NCBI GenBank assembly: GCA_963804165.1
Contig: CAWDPO010000010.1
Coordinates: forward strand, 223,297 to 287,296
From: an uncultured delta proteobacterium
Lineage (GTDB): Bacteria; Desulfobacterota; Binatia; UBA9968
Length of the DNA stretch: 64,000 nucleotides
Direction: 5' to 3'
The first letter of the stretch is position 1; each line of letters starts with the position of its first letter. The notes below the pieces were generated by a model. That model worked only from the letters and a program-made list of their open reading frames with translations, searched no databases and was not told where the DNA came from. A program made the position numbers and the translations under genes. Below, piece after piece: positions 1 to 10,298 of the stretch.

Positions 1-189
1 TAAGAGAAGATTGTTGCGCAAAAGCCAGCCCAGACGAGTGCCCAGCGGGCGTTCTCTCAGGACGCGCTCCCAGAGGAACATCGTCGTCGTGCCGATCTTC
101 AGTCCTCTCGGCTTAAGGCTGTGCAAAAACAGGATGAGCGGAATCGCCCCGGCGAGCAATAACAATGCGTATGGAAGACCCCACAACAT
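1..189 (-). CDS. BatA-like N-terminal domain / vWA protein, 5' part (runs off window)
   Basis: My translation: MLWGLPYALLLLAGAIPLILFLHSLKPRGLKIGTTTMFLWERV...; BatA-type N-terminus directly after a DUF58 gene. Confidence 0.75.
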   Translation of the reverse strand, partial: MLWGLPYALLLLAGAIPLILFLHSLKPRGLKIGTTTMFLWERVLRERPLGTRLGWLLRNNLLL

Positions 190-192
190 GAC

Positions 193-1251
193 TCAGGCTA
201 CGCTGCTCACCTGACGAAGCGTTTGCAAGACAAATTCGTCGAACGGCACCTGCGTCGACGTGCGCAGATAATCGATCTGCCGGCTCGCGCAAACGGCTTC
301 AATTTCCTTGCAGTAACGGTCCAATTCCGCCTGAAAGCGCCGCACTAGATCCGCGTCGAGAAAAAACTTGCGTTCGCGGCCGCCTTCGACGTCGACCAGC
401 GCGATGTCGCCCCACGGCTTCGGCTGGGTCTCGCGTTCCTCGACCACGTGGATGACCAGGAGTTGGTATCTTTTGGCGGACAATTCTTCCAATGCCGCGC
501 GCCAACCGGCGGGATCGAACAAGTCGCTGACAATGACCACGAAACCGGGATGCGGGAACAATTTTGTAAATGAATGAATCGCCGCACGCAGATTGGTCTC
601 GCCGCTACAGGAAAGCTTGCCGAGGAAGTGGAACAAGCTGAGTACTTGCTTTCTTCCTCGCCCGAGCGTCAACGGCGCTTGCAGATGCGTCGAAAACGAC
701 GCGCCGCCGACACGATCGAGGTTTTTGAGACCGATATAGCCCAGGGCAGCGGCGACCTTTTTAGCGTAGTCGATCTTCGCCGGCGCGCCCTCGGCCATCG
801 ACCGGCTGGTGTCGATCAGCAGATAAATGTTCATTTCTTCTTCCGCCGTGAACACCTTCAAGAGCAACCGGTCCAGACGCCGGTAAATATTCCAGTCGAC
901 GTAGCGTAAATCATCGCCGTGCTGGTAGCGGCGGTAATCCGAGAACTCCAGACTAAACCCCTTGCGCGAAGCGGCATGCTCGCCCTTGGCACCCGCCCAA
1001 CTCAAGCGTTTGGCGACGAGATGAAGGCGTTCGAGCTTGCGCAGGAACTCGGTGTCGAAGAAGGTCTCGGGTCTCGGGTCTCGGGTCTCGCGTTGGCTGG
1101 TCGCAAATTGTTCAGCTAAGGCTTTACTGCCCGCGGCATTGGAACGGCCCGAGTTGTCATCCCGAGCAAACCGAGGGATCTTTCCCCAAGCACTGCGCAG
1201 GATCCGTGGATATAAATCGCTGATCCACGCCGGTGTGAACCCGAAACCCAT
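193..1251 (-). CDS. DUF58 domain protein (MoxR-associated) with N-terminal extension
   Basis: G.SLEFSDYRRYQHGDDLRYVDWN, LLIDTSRSM, VSDLFD motifs; AGGAG RBS upstream of ATG 1251. Confidence 0.9.
   Translation of the reverse strand: MGFGFTPAWISDLYPRILRSAWGKIPRFARDDNSGRSNAAGSKALAEQFATSQRETRDPRPETFFDTEFLRKLERLHLVAKRLSWAGAKGEHAASRKGFSLEFSDYRRYQHGDDLRYVDWNIYRRLDRLLLKVFTAEEEMNIYLLIDTSRSMAEGAPAKIDYAKKVAAALGYIGLKNLDRVGGASFSTHLQAPLTLGRGRKQVLSLFHFLGKLSCSGETNLRAAIHSFTKLFPHPGFVVIVSDLFDPAGWRAALEELSAKRYQLLVIHVVEERETQPKPWGDIALVDVEGGRERKFFLDADLVRRFQAELDRYCKEIEAVCASRQIDYLRTSTQVPFDEFVLQTLRQVSSVA
1064..1090. repeat. Heptamer tandem repeat (GTCTCGG, ~4 copies)
   Basis: gtctcgggtctcgggtctcgggtctcg. Confidence 0.85.
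1156..1181. repeat. REP-like palindromic element (GTCATCCCGAGC..CGAGGGATCT type)
   Basis: gtcatcccgagcaaaccgagggatct; translates as IPRFARDD on the minus strand. Confidence 0.65.
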
Positions 1252-1259
1252 TTCCGCTC

Positions 1260-2267
1260 CTATTCGACCTCGGCAACCTGCGCGGCTACTTCGGTCAATA
1301 TTTTTTCGGCGTTGACTCCTTCGGCGTCGGCTTCGAGATTGAGAATCAAGCGATGGCGCAAGCTTGGCAGCAACAGACTACGAATATCTTCGAACGAAAC
1401 ATTGGGTCGCCCAGCCAGAAGCGCGCGCGCTTTCGCGGCCAAAATCAAGCTCTGCAGTCCGCGCGGGCTCGAGCCATAGAGCACGAAGCGCTGCGCCAAG
1501 CCGCCCGCTCCGTTGCCCTGCCTTTGCTGAGGGTGGGTGCTCATGACCAAGCGCACGGCGTAATCTTTCACCACCTCGGCGAGCGGCACTTCTCTGACCC
1601 ACTGGCGCATTTGCAAAATCCCCGTATCATCCAGGACCTCGCGCAGCGCCGACGGCGGCGCCGCCGTCGTGAGATCGGCGATCCTGCCGAGCTCGGCGCG
1701 GCTGGGAAACTGCAGCAGTAACTTGAAAAAAAACCGGTCCACCTGGGCTTCGGGCAACGGGTAGGTGCCCTCCATTTCAATGGGATTTTGTGTCGCCAAC
1801 ACCATGAACGGATTATCCAAACGATGAACCTTGCCGCCCACCGTGACGCTCTGCTCCTGCATCGCTTCCAACAGCGCCGATTGTGTCTTCGGCGTCGCGC
1901 GATTGATCTCATCGGCGAGCACGATGTGGGCGAACACCGGGCCGCGTTGGAACTCGAAAACTTTGCGCCCCGAAGGATCGTCGGTGAGCATGTTCGTGCC
2001 GGTGATATCCGCGGGCATCAGATCGGGAGTAAACTGCACTCGCGAAAAGCTCAGGTTCAGACACTCGCCGAGGCTGCGCACCATCAGCGTTTTGCCCAAT
2101 CCCGGCACGCCCTCGAGCAAACAATGGCCGCCGCATACGAGGGCAATAAACACGTGTTCGATCAATTCTTCGTGGCCGACGATGACGCGAGCCATTTCGC
2201 CGCGCAGCTCATCAAAAGTGCGTCGAGCGCTGATGATGCGCTGTTCAATTTCCCCTACGGATTGCAT
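1260..2267 (-). CDS. moxR: MoxR family AAA+ ATPase
   Basis: LLEGVPGLGKT, RVQFTPDLMPADITG, LADEINRATPKTQSALLEAMQE, ATQNPIEMEGTYPLPEAQ; start set at MQSVGE. Confidence 0.95.
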   Translation of the reverse strand: MQSVGEIEQRIISARRTFDELRGEMARVIVGHEELIEHVFIALVCGGHCLLEGVPGLGKTLMVRSLGECLNLSFSRVQFTPDLMPADITGTNMLTDDPSGRKVFEFQRGPVFAHIVLADEINRATPKTQSALLEAMQEQSVTVGGKVHRLDNPFMVLATQNPIEMEGTYPLPEAQVDRFFFKLLLQFPSRAELGRIADLTTAAPPSALREVLDDTGILQMRQWVREVPLAEVVKDYAVRLVMSTHPQQRQGNGAGGLAQRFVLYGSSPRGLQSLILAAKARALLAGRPNVSFEDIRSLLLPSLRHRLILNLEADAEGVNAEKILTEVAAQVAEVE

Positions 2268-2287
2268 ATGCGACTCCCAGGACCTGA

Positions 2288-2357
2288 TTGGAGTGATGGA
2301 ATGATGGAGTGGTCGTGGAGTATTGGCGGGACCCACTCCAATACTCCAGCACTCCAA
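2288..2357. repeat. Degenerate octamer tandem repeats (TGGAGTrn) arranged as an inverted pair
   Basis: tggagtgatggaatgatggagtgg...tggagtattgg followed by cactccaatactccagcactcca. Confidence 0.75.
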
Positions 2358-2372
2358 CTTTTTTCCAGTTAT

Positions 2373-3797
2373 TCACTTCTTCGCTTCCTCCAATGACAGA
2401 AAATAATTCTTAATCGTCTCTTTGAGCCCTTCCGGCACGCGTTCGGAATTGAGATCTTGCTCCGCTTGCCGACGGTAGGACGCGACGATCTCCGCCTGCG
2501 ATAATCCGCTCTTACCCGGCGTCGGTTTGCCCTTGAGCATCAAAGCGCTGCTGTCACCCTCGCCGAGTAAGCCTTTGACTTGAGTCGATGCGCCGCCGCG
2601 AAACTCCGGCAGCGAACGGAAATCTTCATCGCGTTTTCCCGGTTCTTTGCCCGGCAAATTGCTGTGCGTCTTTTCCCTAGCACCGTCGGTGGTCGAGTCT
2701 TGGTCGCCTTTTGCGCTGCTGCGCGCGTAATTTTCACCCTTTTCGCCCCGCCCTTGCTGCATCATCTGTTCGAGGTATTTTTGCGCATCGATGAGCGACC
2801 GCCGATCGAGCTCGCCGCTGACTTGTTGGTCAAGCTGGTCGAGAAACGATTTGACATCGTTCTGACCCGGGCTTCGGCCGTCGCGCTGCGCTTTATCGAA
2901 TTGCCGTTTGAGTTGCGGCAAGGCCGCTAACCGTTCCATCCAGCGCTGCCCCAACTCCTGTGTTCCTTTGACTCCGTCGGGGAGTTGCGCCAAGTCGCGC
3001 ATCGCCTCCACCTCGGCTTTGAGATCCTTGAGGCTTTGCTCGCTTTCAGCCGTCGAGAAGTAATTCTTTTCGGAGCTTGACTTTGCCGCCGCTTCAAATT
3101 TTTTAGCGACTCCGGCCAATTCCTTCTTAAACGACTCGTCGGCGGTTTTGGTTTCGATATTCTTCTGTGCGGTTTTCTCAAGTTCCCGGCTTAACTCTAA
3201 CGTGTCGCGCAATCCTTGATCCCTGGCCTTGTCCTGGAGCTCGCGGGAAAAGTCGCGAAGCTTGTGCGCCAAAGTTGGCGGCCCCAAAGGGCGCCCTTGA
3301 TCAATATTTTGCCGATCGAAATCGAGCCAGACGAGCGCAAACCAGAGAGCAAATAACGGCGCGGCGACATACGCCGGCCAGCTCCAACGTCGCGGCAACA
3401 ACGCGCGCGGGTCGACGGCACGCAGTTTTTCTTGAGCTTGTTTCAAAACGAAGAGCGAGGCGGGTCCGCCTTCTCCGCGTGCGGACAACTCCCAGGCGGT
3501 GATCGCAAGCTCGTCGAGCTTAAGCGTCTTGTCCAAGCGAACCAGCGCCCGCGCGGCGTCCGCGCGGCGCCAACGCGCGCGATAGAAAAACCATGGCGCC
3601 AGTCCGGCGAGCAACACGGCGGGAGTCACCCAGCGCAGCCCCTCGCTGGGCAGATAGACGTGCAACGGTAAAAAGAGGATCGCCAGCGCGAGGGCGCAGC
3701 ATAATACCGCGACGAGAGTTTGCTCGCGCCGTTTGCGGCGCTCCCAGCCCAGCAGAGCGACAAGTTTGTTCTCGAGGATTTCCATGGCCGTGCTCAC
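2373..3797 (-). CDS. Membrane-anchored coiled-coil protein of the MoxR operon
   Basis: 3 N-terminal hydrophobic segments, long Q/K/E-rich helical region, C-terminal VPEGLKETIKNYF. Confidence 0.8.
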   Translation of the reverse strand: MSTAMEILENKLVALLGWERRKRREQTLVAVLCCALALAILFLPLHVYLPSEGLRWVTPAVLLAGLAPWFFYRARWRRADAARALVRLDKTLKLDELAITAWELSARGEGGPASLFVLKQAQEKLRAVDPRALLPRRWSWPAYVAAPLFALWFALVWLDFDRQNIDQGRPLGPPTLAHKLRDFSRELQDKARDQGLRDTLELSRELEKTAQKNIETKTADESFKKELAGVAKKFEAAAKSSSEKNYFSTAESEQSLKDLKAEVEAMRDLAQLPDGVKGTQELGQRWMERLAALPQLKRQFDKAQRDGRSPGQNDVKSFLDQLDQQVSGELDRRSLIDAQKYLEQMMQQGRGEKGENYARSSAKGDQDSTTDGAREKTHSNLPGKEPGKRDEDFRSLPEFRGGASTQVKGLLGEGDSSALMLKGKPTPGKSGLSQAEIVASYRRQAEQDLNSERVPEGLKETIKNYFLSLEEAKK

Positions 3798-4540
3798 AGC
3801 AGCGGTTCGCGTCTAAGCGCCCAGCGGTAAAGGCTGTACCCCGTAGCGCCCAGCAGGACGTGAAAGACCAGGTGCGTAAACGTTCCCGGCAATTGCATGC
3901 CAAATATCGTGAGCGGCTGCAACTCCTCGCGGCTCAGAAAAGCAAGCACGAACGCCACCGGGTTCAAGGGCAAATAGAACAAAGCCGAAAGAATCACCAA
4001 ACAGGTAAAAAAACAGCGAATAAAAACCTGCCGGCTTTCCAGGCGCCGCTCCCACAACGCCAGGGCCGTCAGGCCCCACACACTGTAATTCACCGCGTAA
4101 AACGGCAACAGCAAAAAGATCACGGCGATACTCGATAACGGTGTGCGCGCAATCGCGCCGGCCCAAACCAAAAACGGCGCGCAAAGCAGCAGCGATAAGC
4201 CGATGTGGGTGAACAGGAAATTGATCTGAGCGCGCCTTATGGCGGCGATCGGCAGACCGTGGTCACGCAGCCAAATTTTTAACGATTTGAAACGCCACGG
4301 GGCAAATTCTTGATTGGCTACTCGCAACGCGAAATAGACAACGAGCAGCAGCGCGGTCACCGTCGAGACTTTGAACAGGCTCGCCGAACCGCTCCATCGC
4401 TGGGCGTCCAGAGATGGAATATACAAAGAGAGAAACTCGACGGGAGCAAGAATGATCAGGAGGTAGAAGTATACCGCGAAGCCATACCCTTCGCCGAAGT
4501 ACACCTCGATGCTTTCGCGCCAAACCGGATTTTCCCTCAT
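3794..4540 (-). CDS. Multi-pass membrane protein (ABC-2 permease-like)
   Basis: Start MRENPVWRE overlaps the upstream stop (ATGA); ~6 hydrophobic segments. Confidence 0.75.
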   Translation of the reverse strand: MRENPVWRESIEVYFGEGYGFAVYFYLLIILAPVEFLSLYIPSLDAQRWSGSASLFKVSTVTALLLVVYFALRVANQEFAPWRFKSLKIWLRDHGLPIAAIRRAQINFLFTHIGLSLLLCAPFLVWAGAIARTPLSSIAVIFLLLPFYAVNYSVWGLTALALWERRLESRQVFIRCFFTCLVILSALFYLPLNPVAFVLAFLSREELQPLTIFGMQLPGTFTHLVFHVLLGATGYSLYRWALRREPLL

Positions 4541-6563
4541 TCGTCCTCGCCTCCCGCCAGAGGAAAGATAACTCGGAAAAGCGCGTAGTCCTGCGCCTGA
4601 ATGCGCGGATCGTCGACCCGGACGCCTGGCTCGGGGTCTTTCACCCAACCGAAAAAGACCGCCGCGCCGCCCGCCCATCGGCTATCGCCGTCGCGCGGGA
4701 ACATGGACGAGTGAAAAAGGATATCGCGGATCTTATCGGGGAAGGTGACTTCACGAAAGTTGACCGTATCGACGCGATTGAGACCGCCGTCGTCTTTCGC
4801 TCCTGACCTCGTCAGCGGGAAACTCTTGCGCCAACTGGCGCCGCGCGGAAGAGCGCCCAAGTCGAAACGTTGCCCTGGAACCAACAGCCAACAATTGGCC
4901 AGATCCTTGGCGCTGCGGTTTTCCACTTGCATGACCAATCGATCGCCCTGGGTCTCAAACTCCGTGCGCAATGGGAAGCGATTAACCCGGCGCATGCGGA
5001 AGAGCCGGTAGTCCCACTCACGCAGGGGCAACTGATAACGGCTCGCACCGCCGCTATCCTCGGTCACCACGGCTTGCTCGGCGGCGTCCCGCGCCCGATT
5101 CGATACGGGTGTGAGCTCAATCCATCCGCGCTCCATCTGCAAGTCGTACCGTCGGAGCTGGGTTGAAAACAAGGCCAGATTCGCTTGCGCGTCGACGAAG
5201 CCGTCACCACTGCTTTCGAGCACGGTGGAGCTTAAGAGCACGCCGTCCGGGACATTACCGCCGCGGCTGAAATGATGGTAGCCGGCTACCGTGCCGCCCA
5301 GAACAATTGTCACCAGACCGCTGAGCAACTTGACCGGCGCGAAGCGACGGCGTTGCCACAACCAGGCGATCACGCCAACCACTACAAGATAGCCCACCAT
5401 GGCCACGAACAACGAGGCGGAAGGCACGTAAGTCGAGATGAACGATGGGCTGGCGATGAGCTGGTTGAAAACCGCGTCGTTCCACTCGGTCCGCGGCGCC
5501 GGCTCATCGGCGCCGGTCGGTGCAATGAAACTTTGTAAAAATCGCGGCAGCCCGGCCCATTGGGATAGCGGCGGCCGGCCCACGTCGAGAGCAACGTACA
5601 GGATCCGGCCGCGGCCACGGCTCGCTTCCACCAACCAGGGGATACCCGCGGTTTCTGCGAGCGCCTTGCCGACGACGACGGCTGACGTTTGCACCCAGAC
5701 GCCGGTGATAGCCGCCGCGCGCTCGCCCTTGCCAACATTTGGCGCGAACGAGATTTGCTTGACGCCGGTGACGCGCACCGGCAAAAAGCGGCTGAGCGCC
5801 GGCTCCTGGTAGAGGGCGTAGTTAAGGCTGCCGAAGATAATCATCCTGCCGCCGGCCGTAAGCCAGTTATCGAGTGCCAGCAACTGCGCCCGCGACAGTT
5901 CGCGCAGGGATTGGTCGTAAAAAATCACATGCGAAACGCCGAGCAAAGCTCGCGAGTCGGCCGTCAATTGTTCAGGTGCAAGTGACACCAGCCGATTATG
6001 CGATCCCGCTGCCAAGGCGAGCGGCGGCAGCGAGCTGCTTTCACTCATGAACAATAGCACCGGCGCGGGGAAAAATAGCGGCGCAAATCCAATTCCCGCG
6101 AAACTGCAGTTTCAGCGCCGGAAAAAGTAATCTTTACCGGCCTGCTGATAAAATCCGGATCGATGGTGAGCTGAACGCTCTTGCGGGCTTGCGCAGCGAG
6201 AAAAACCGCGCGCTGGTAATTGACCACATAAGGCGCTCCGCCTTTGGTGGCGCCGCCTTTCCACACTCGGACCTCAAGCATCCCTTCGGCGGGCCGGCCC
6301 GTGTTACTGAGTTCGATCTCCAACGGAAATGGACGCCCGAGTTGAAAAACGCCGTGAAAACCGACCCGCGGCTCGATCACGATCGTCGCCAGCACCGGTG
6401 CCGGGAGAAGAAGATAAACAAAAAGAATTAGGAAATGGATGCCGGCGGAGTTTTTGCGCCGGCGCTGTCGCAGCTTTGCGAAATAGTTAAGGAGCAGAGC
6501 CGGCGCGATACATCGCAGTGACGCGTAGCGCTCTTGAGCAGCCTCTCGGGCTGAAAAGGACAT
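4537..6563 (-). CDS. Exported/membrane protein with GATase-like central domain; one gene split by a 1-nt frameshift at ~6067
   Basis: ORFs 6045-6563 and 4537-6060 join as YFSP-APVLLFM if one C is added to a C run; AGGA RBS before 6563; WLTAGGRMIIFG and GRGRILYVALD motifs. Confidence 0.75.
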
Positions 6564-6605
6564 CTTTCCTTTCCAGAAAGGCCCGCCCCACCGGGTAGCA
6601 GCGAT

Positions 6606-7088
6606 CTAATCGGTATATTCCACGCTGAGAATATCGAAAGTACGAACGCCCGTGGGGGTGCGAACCTGAACTTCGTCCCCTTCGCTCTTGCCAATCAAGG
6701 CTCGGGCAATAGGAGAACTGATCGATATTTTACCGTTCTTCGGTTCCGCCTCATGATCGCCGACGATTTGGTATACCACCTTGTCGCCCGTATCACCATC
6801 GGCGAGGGATACCGTGGCGCCGAACACAACCTTGTCTCCGGAAAGCTTGGAGACCTCGATCACCTGCGCGCGCGCGACTTTGTCCTCGATCTCACGGATC
6901 TGCAGGTCGAGCAGCGATTGCCGTTCCTTAGCCGCGTGAAATTCAGCGTTTTCGGAAAGATCGCCATGCTCGCGCGCCTCTTCGATTTCGCGGACATTCT
7001 TGGGCCGCTCGACGCTCTTGAGCCGTTTTAGCTCCTCTACCAAGAACTGATAACCCTTGCTGGTCATCGGGACGCTTGCGTCTGCCAT
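6606..7088 (-). CDS. greA: Transcription elongation factor GreA
   Basis: EAREHGDLSENAEFHAAKE, ISISSPIARALIGK. Confidence 0.97.
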   Translation of the reverse strand: MADASVPMTSKGYQFLVEELKRLKSVERPKNVREIEEAREHGDLSENAEFHAAKERQSLLDLQIREIEDKVARAQVIEVSKLSGDKVVFGATVSLADGDTGDKVVYQIVGDHEAEPKNGKISISSPIARALIGKSEGDEVQVRTPTGVRTFDILSVEYTD

Positions 7089-7104
7089 ATCCTCGACTCC
7101 TCGA

Positions 7105-7143
7105 CAAAATAAAAACCCCTCGGAATCGCTCCCGAGAGGCTTT
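7105..7143 (-). terminator. Intrinsic terminator in the greA leader
   Basis: Minus strand: gcctctcgg-gagcgatt-ccgaggggt followed by ttttatttt, ~20 nt before the greA ATG. Confidence 0.7.
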
Positions 7144-7185
7144 CAGGAAATCTTCGGTATTTACGCGTTGCTAATTATTGGCGCT

Positions 7186-7213
7186 ATTCTACCAGCAGCG
7201 GCGGCTATTTCAA
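7186..7213 (-). promoter_or_regulatory. Sigma70-type promoter of greA
   Basis: TTGAAA-N16-TAGAAT with extended -10 TG. Confidence 0.6.
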
Positions 7214-7430
7214 CTGTCCGGGGACTATTGCGAAAACGGCAACGCGACCGCAGCATGGAGAGCTGTAACCACGAGCGCACTGTCATTGAGCAGCAATTGC
7301 GGGATGTGCACGAGAATGATAGGGCCAGGCTCCGTCGGCCGTGCGCCGATAAATGCGACGGCGCCGGGATCGCGTGGCAAAATGTCGGCAAGTCGGTGGA
7401 CGGAGTTGCCGGAACACAGCGGCGCGATTC

Positions 7431-8408
7431 TTACGCCCGTTTGATCGGACCAAACACATGGCAGGCTGCGCCGTGGCCGTCGGCGTCAAAATCCAACGGC
7501 GGCTCGGTTTGACTGCAGAGGGCTTCACGGTAGGAGCAGCGCGGATGAAAGGTGCAGCCCGGCGGCGGGTTGACCGGACTCGGGACGTCGCCTTCGAGCA
7601 CGATGCGTTCTTTCTTGCGCGCGATGTCGGGCATCGGCACGGCGGACAGCAGCGCGCGTGTGTAGGGATGTTTGGCATCGCGGTAGATCGTCTCGCTATT
7701 GGCGATCTCGACGATCTTACCCAGATACATGATCGCCACCCGGTGGCTGATATGTTCGACCACGCGCAGATCGTGGGAAATGAATAAGTAGGTGAGGTGC
7801 ATTTTCTCCTGCAGCTCCTGCAGGAGGTTGATAATCTGCGCCTGGATCGAAACGTCGAGCGATGAGACCGGCTCATCGCAGACGATGAACTTGGGGCTGA
7901 CCGCGAGCGCCCGGGCGATCCCGATGCGCTGGCGCTGGCCGCCGCTGAACTCATGCGGATAGCGCGGGTAATGATCTTCGCGCAAGCCGACCTGATGGAG
8001 CAGCTCCATCACCCGGTCGCGTTTGGCTTTGCCTTTGGCGAGCTTGTGGATTTCCAACCCTTCCCCCACGATATCGCCGACGCGCATGCGCGGATTGAGC
8101 GAAGCGTAGGGATCTTGGAAAATAATCTGCATCTCGCGGCGCATATCGCGCAGCTCGCGCTGCGCCATCCCCAAGAGATTCTTGTCGTGGAAGATCACTT
8201 CGCCGCTGGTCGGCTCGATGAGCCTGAGAATCGTTCGGCCCAAAGTGGATTTGCCGCAGCCCGACTCGCCGACCAAGCCTAAAGTTTCGCCTTCGTTGAC
8301 GGTTAAGTTAACGCCGTCGACGGCTTTGACGCTGCCCTTGTTGCGCGAGAACAGCCCTCCGCCAACGGGAAAGTGTTTTTTTAAATCGCGGATTTCTAGC
8401 AGGCTCAT
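7431..8408 (-). CDS. oppF: Oligo/dipeptide ABC transporter ATP-binding subunit (OppF/DppF)
   Basis: [40 protein letters not shown]. Confidence 0.93.
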   Translation of the reverse strand: MSLLEIRDLKKHFPVGGGLFSRNKGSVKAVDGVNLTVNEGETLGLVGESGCGKSTLGRTILRLIEPTSGEVIFHDKNLLGMAQRELRDMRREMQIIFQDPYASLNPRMRVGDIVGEGLEIHKLAKGKAKRDRVMELLHQVGLREDHYPRYPHEFSGGQRQRIGIARALAVSPKFIVCDEPVSSLDVSIQAQIINLLQELQEKMHLTYLFISHDLRVVEHISHRVAIMYLGKIVEIANSETIYRDAKHPYTRALLSAVPMPDIARKKERIVLEGDVPSPVNPPPGCTFHPRCSYREALCSQTEPPLDFDADGHGAACHVFGPIKRA

Positions 8409-8465
8409 ATTAAAAGGTGCAATGCCGGAATTGGCTTGAGAATCGAAAAACGCAATTTCCTATCC

Positions 8466-9470
8466 TCAAGCTTCAACGCTCGCTTTCTCCCGGGTCTCCG
8501 TGTGCGGAAAGTGGCACGCGGCGGGATGTCCAGGCTCTTTGTCTTCCAGCGGGGGCTCGATTTGAGCGCAAAGGTCTGCGGCCCTTGGACAGCGGTCACG
8601 AAAGCGGCAGCCGGTCGGAAGATGCAACGGATTCGGCACCACGCCCGGAATGGCATCCAGCCGTTTTTTCTTTTGTCCGGTGGCGCCTGGCAGCGAGTTC
8701 AACAAACCCACCGTGTAGGGATGAAAAGGGTGGTTGAAGATCGCTCTGGTGTTCGCTCGCTCGACGATCTTGCCCGCGTACATAATCGCGACTTCGTCGG
8801 CCTGCTCGGCAACCACGCCGAGGTCATGGGTAATCAGCAACAGCGCCATACCGCCGATCTTCTGCTGCAGCTCTTTCATCAGCTCGAGAATCTGCGCTTG
8901 GATCGTCACGTCCAAAGCCGTCGTCGGCTCGTCGGCGATCAACAGACTCGGATTGCACGACAGCGCCATGGCGATCATGACGCGCTGGCGCATGCCGCCG
9001 CTCAGCTGGTGCGGATAGGCATCGACGCGCGATTCTGGATCCGCGATTTTGACCAGACGCAGCATCTCAATAGTTTTTTGCCGGGTTTCTCGTTTGCCCA
9101 ATCCTTGGTGCAACTTGATCGCCTCGCCGATCTGGTTGCCGACGGTGAAGACCGGATTGAGCGAGGTCATCGGCTCTTGAAAAATCATCGAGATCTCGTT
9201 GCCGCGGATTTTGCGCATCTCTTCGTTGTTGAGCGTCAAGAGATCGCGCCCGCGGTAGAGAATTTCACCGCCGACGATTTTTCCCGGCGGCGACTGAATG
9301 AGACGCATGATCGACAGCGAGGTCACGCTCTTGCCGCAGCCCGACTCACCGACCAAGCCGAGAGTCTTGCCTTCGCCGATCTCGAAGCTCACGCCGTCGA
9401 TGGCGCGCACTTCTCCTTCCGGCGTAAAGAAAGACGTTTGAAGATTTTTGACCTGGAGTAGATCAGACAT
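8466..9470 (-). CDS. oppD: Oligo/dipeptide ABC transporter ATP-binding subunit (OppD/DppD)
   Basis: [35 protein letters not shown]. Confidence 0.93.
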   Translation of the reverse strand: MSDLLQVKNLQTSFFTPEGEVRAIDGVSFEIGEGKTLGLVGESGCGKSVTSLSIMRLIQSPPGKIVGGEILYRGRDLLTLNNEEMRKIRGNEISMIFQEPMTSLNPVFTVGNQIGEAIKLHQGLGKRETRQKTIEMLRLVKIADPESRVDAYPHQLSGGMRQRVMIAMALSCNPSLLIADEPTTALDVTIQAQILELMKELQQKIGGMALLLITHDLGVVAEQADEVAIMYAGKIVERANTRAIFNHPFHPYTVGLLNSLPGATGQKKKRLDAIPGVVPNPLHLPTGCRFRDRCPRAADLCAQIEPPLEDKEPGHPAACHFPHTETREKASVEA

Positions 9471-9496
9471 GATGGGAGCGGCGCTGCGCAATGCTC

Positions 9497-9635
9497 TTAG
9501 GGGGTTCGGCCTCCACGGACTCGGCTCAACATCCGCGGGTCGAGGATATCGCGGATAGCATCTCCCATAGCATTAAATCCGAGCACTGCCAACATGATGA
9601 GAAGACCGGGAAAGACTGCCAGGTGCGGATGCAGG
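9497..9635 (-). pseudogene. 3' remnant of a DppC/OppC permease
   Basis: My translation: [44 protein letters not shown]; no start codon. Confidence 0.85.
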
Positions 9636-10298
9636 CGCCTTCGGGCCCCAATAATCCTCGAAGCGTTCTAGAATAATATGGCTGCCGGAAACCCATTCTT
9701 TGAATTTGAACGGGCCCGTGCCGATGGGCGCGGTGCCGCCCTTGCCGAGCATGAATTTTCCCGCCACCTCCGGTGGAATGATTCCCGGCAACCCCGTATC
9801 GCCGCCGGTAAACGCCGTCACCATCATCGGTCCGGGCTCGTCGACTGTGATTTTGATTTTATAGCGGTCGAGAATTTCGACTTCTTTGATCTTGCTCATC
9901 GCCTCAAGATTGCGCATGCGCGGCCAATCCTTCGGCGCCTCTTTGCTGCGCCACTCGATATTCGTCTTGATGTCCTCGGCGGTGACCTCCCGGCCGTTGT
10001 GAAACTTCACGCCCTTGCGCAAATGAAAGATATAAGTCGTGGGATTGGGCTGCTCCCATTTTTCCGCCAGCGCGGGGCGGATGTCGCTGAGAGTTTTGCC
10101 GAAGACGGCTAAACTTTCGTAGACTTCGGGAAAGAGAATGAAGCGCCGGCCGGGATAACGCGCGTCGAGACGGTCCGGTTCCTCTTTAAAGCCGATCGTC
10201 AGCGTGCCGCCGCGCTTGGGCGTTTGTGCAAAGGACAATGGCAGGAACTCGGCGAGAGCCAGCACACCAATGAAAACGAAAAACCACGCTCGCTTCAT
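9636..10298 (-). pseudogene. Family 5 ABC substrate-binding protein, truncated after ERFEDYWG
   Basis: Signal peptide, PKRGGTL, LRKGVKFHNG, PIGTGPFKF; only ~220 aa of the usual ~500. Confidence 0.85.

Noticed and set aside
7057-7512. 151-aa plus-strand ORF between greA and oppF
   Set aside because: No recognisable motif; overlaps both neighbours and the greA promoter/terminator
8436-9461. Long plus-strand ORFs opposite oppD (and 19471-20550 opposite oppA)
   Set aside because: Typical antisense shadows of conserved ABC genes
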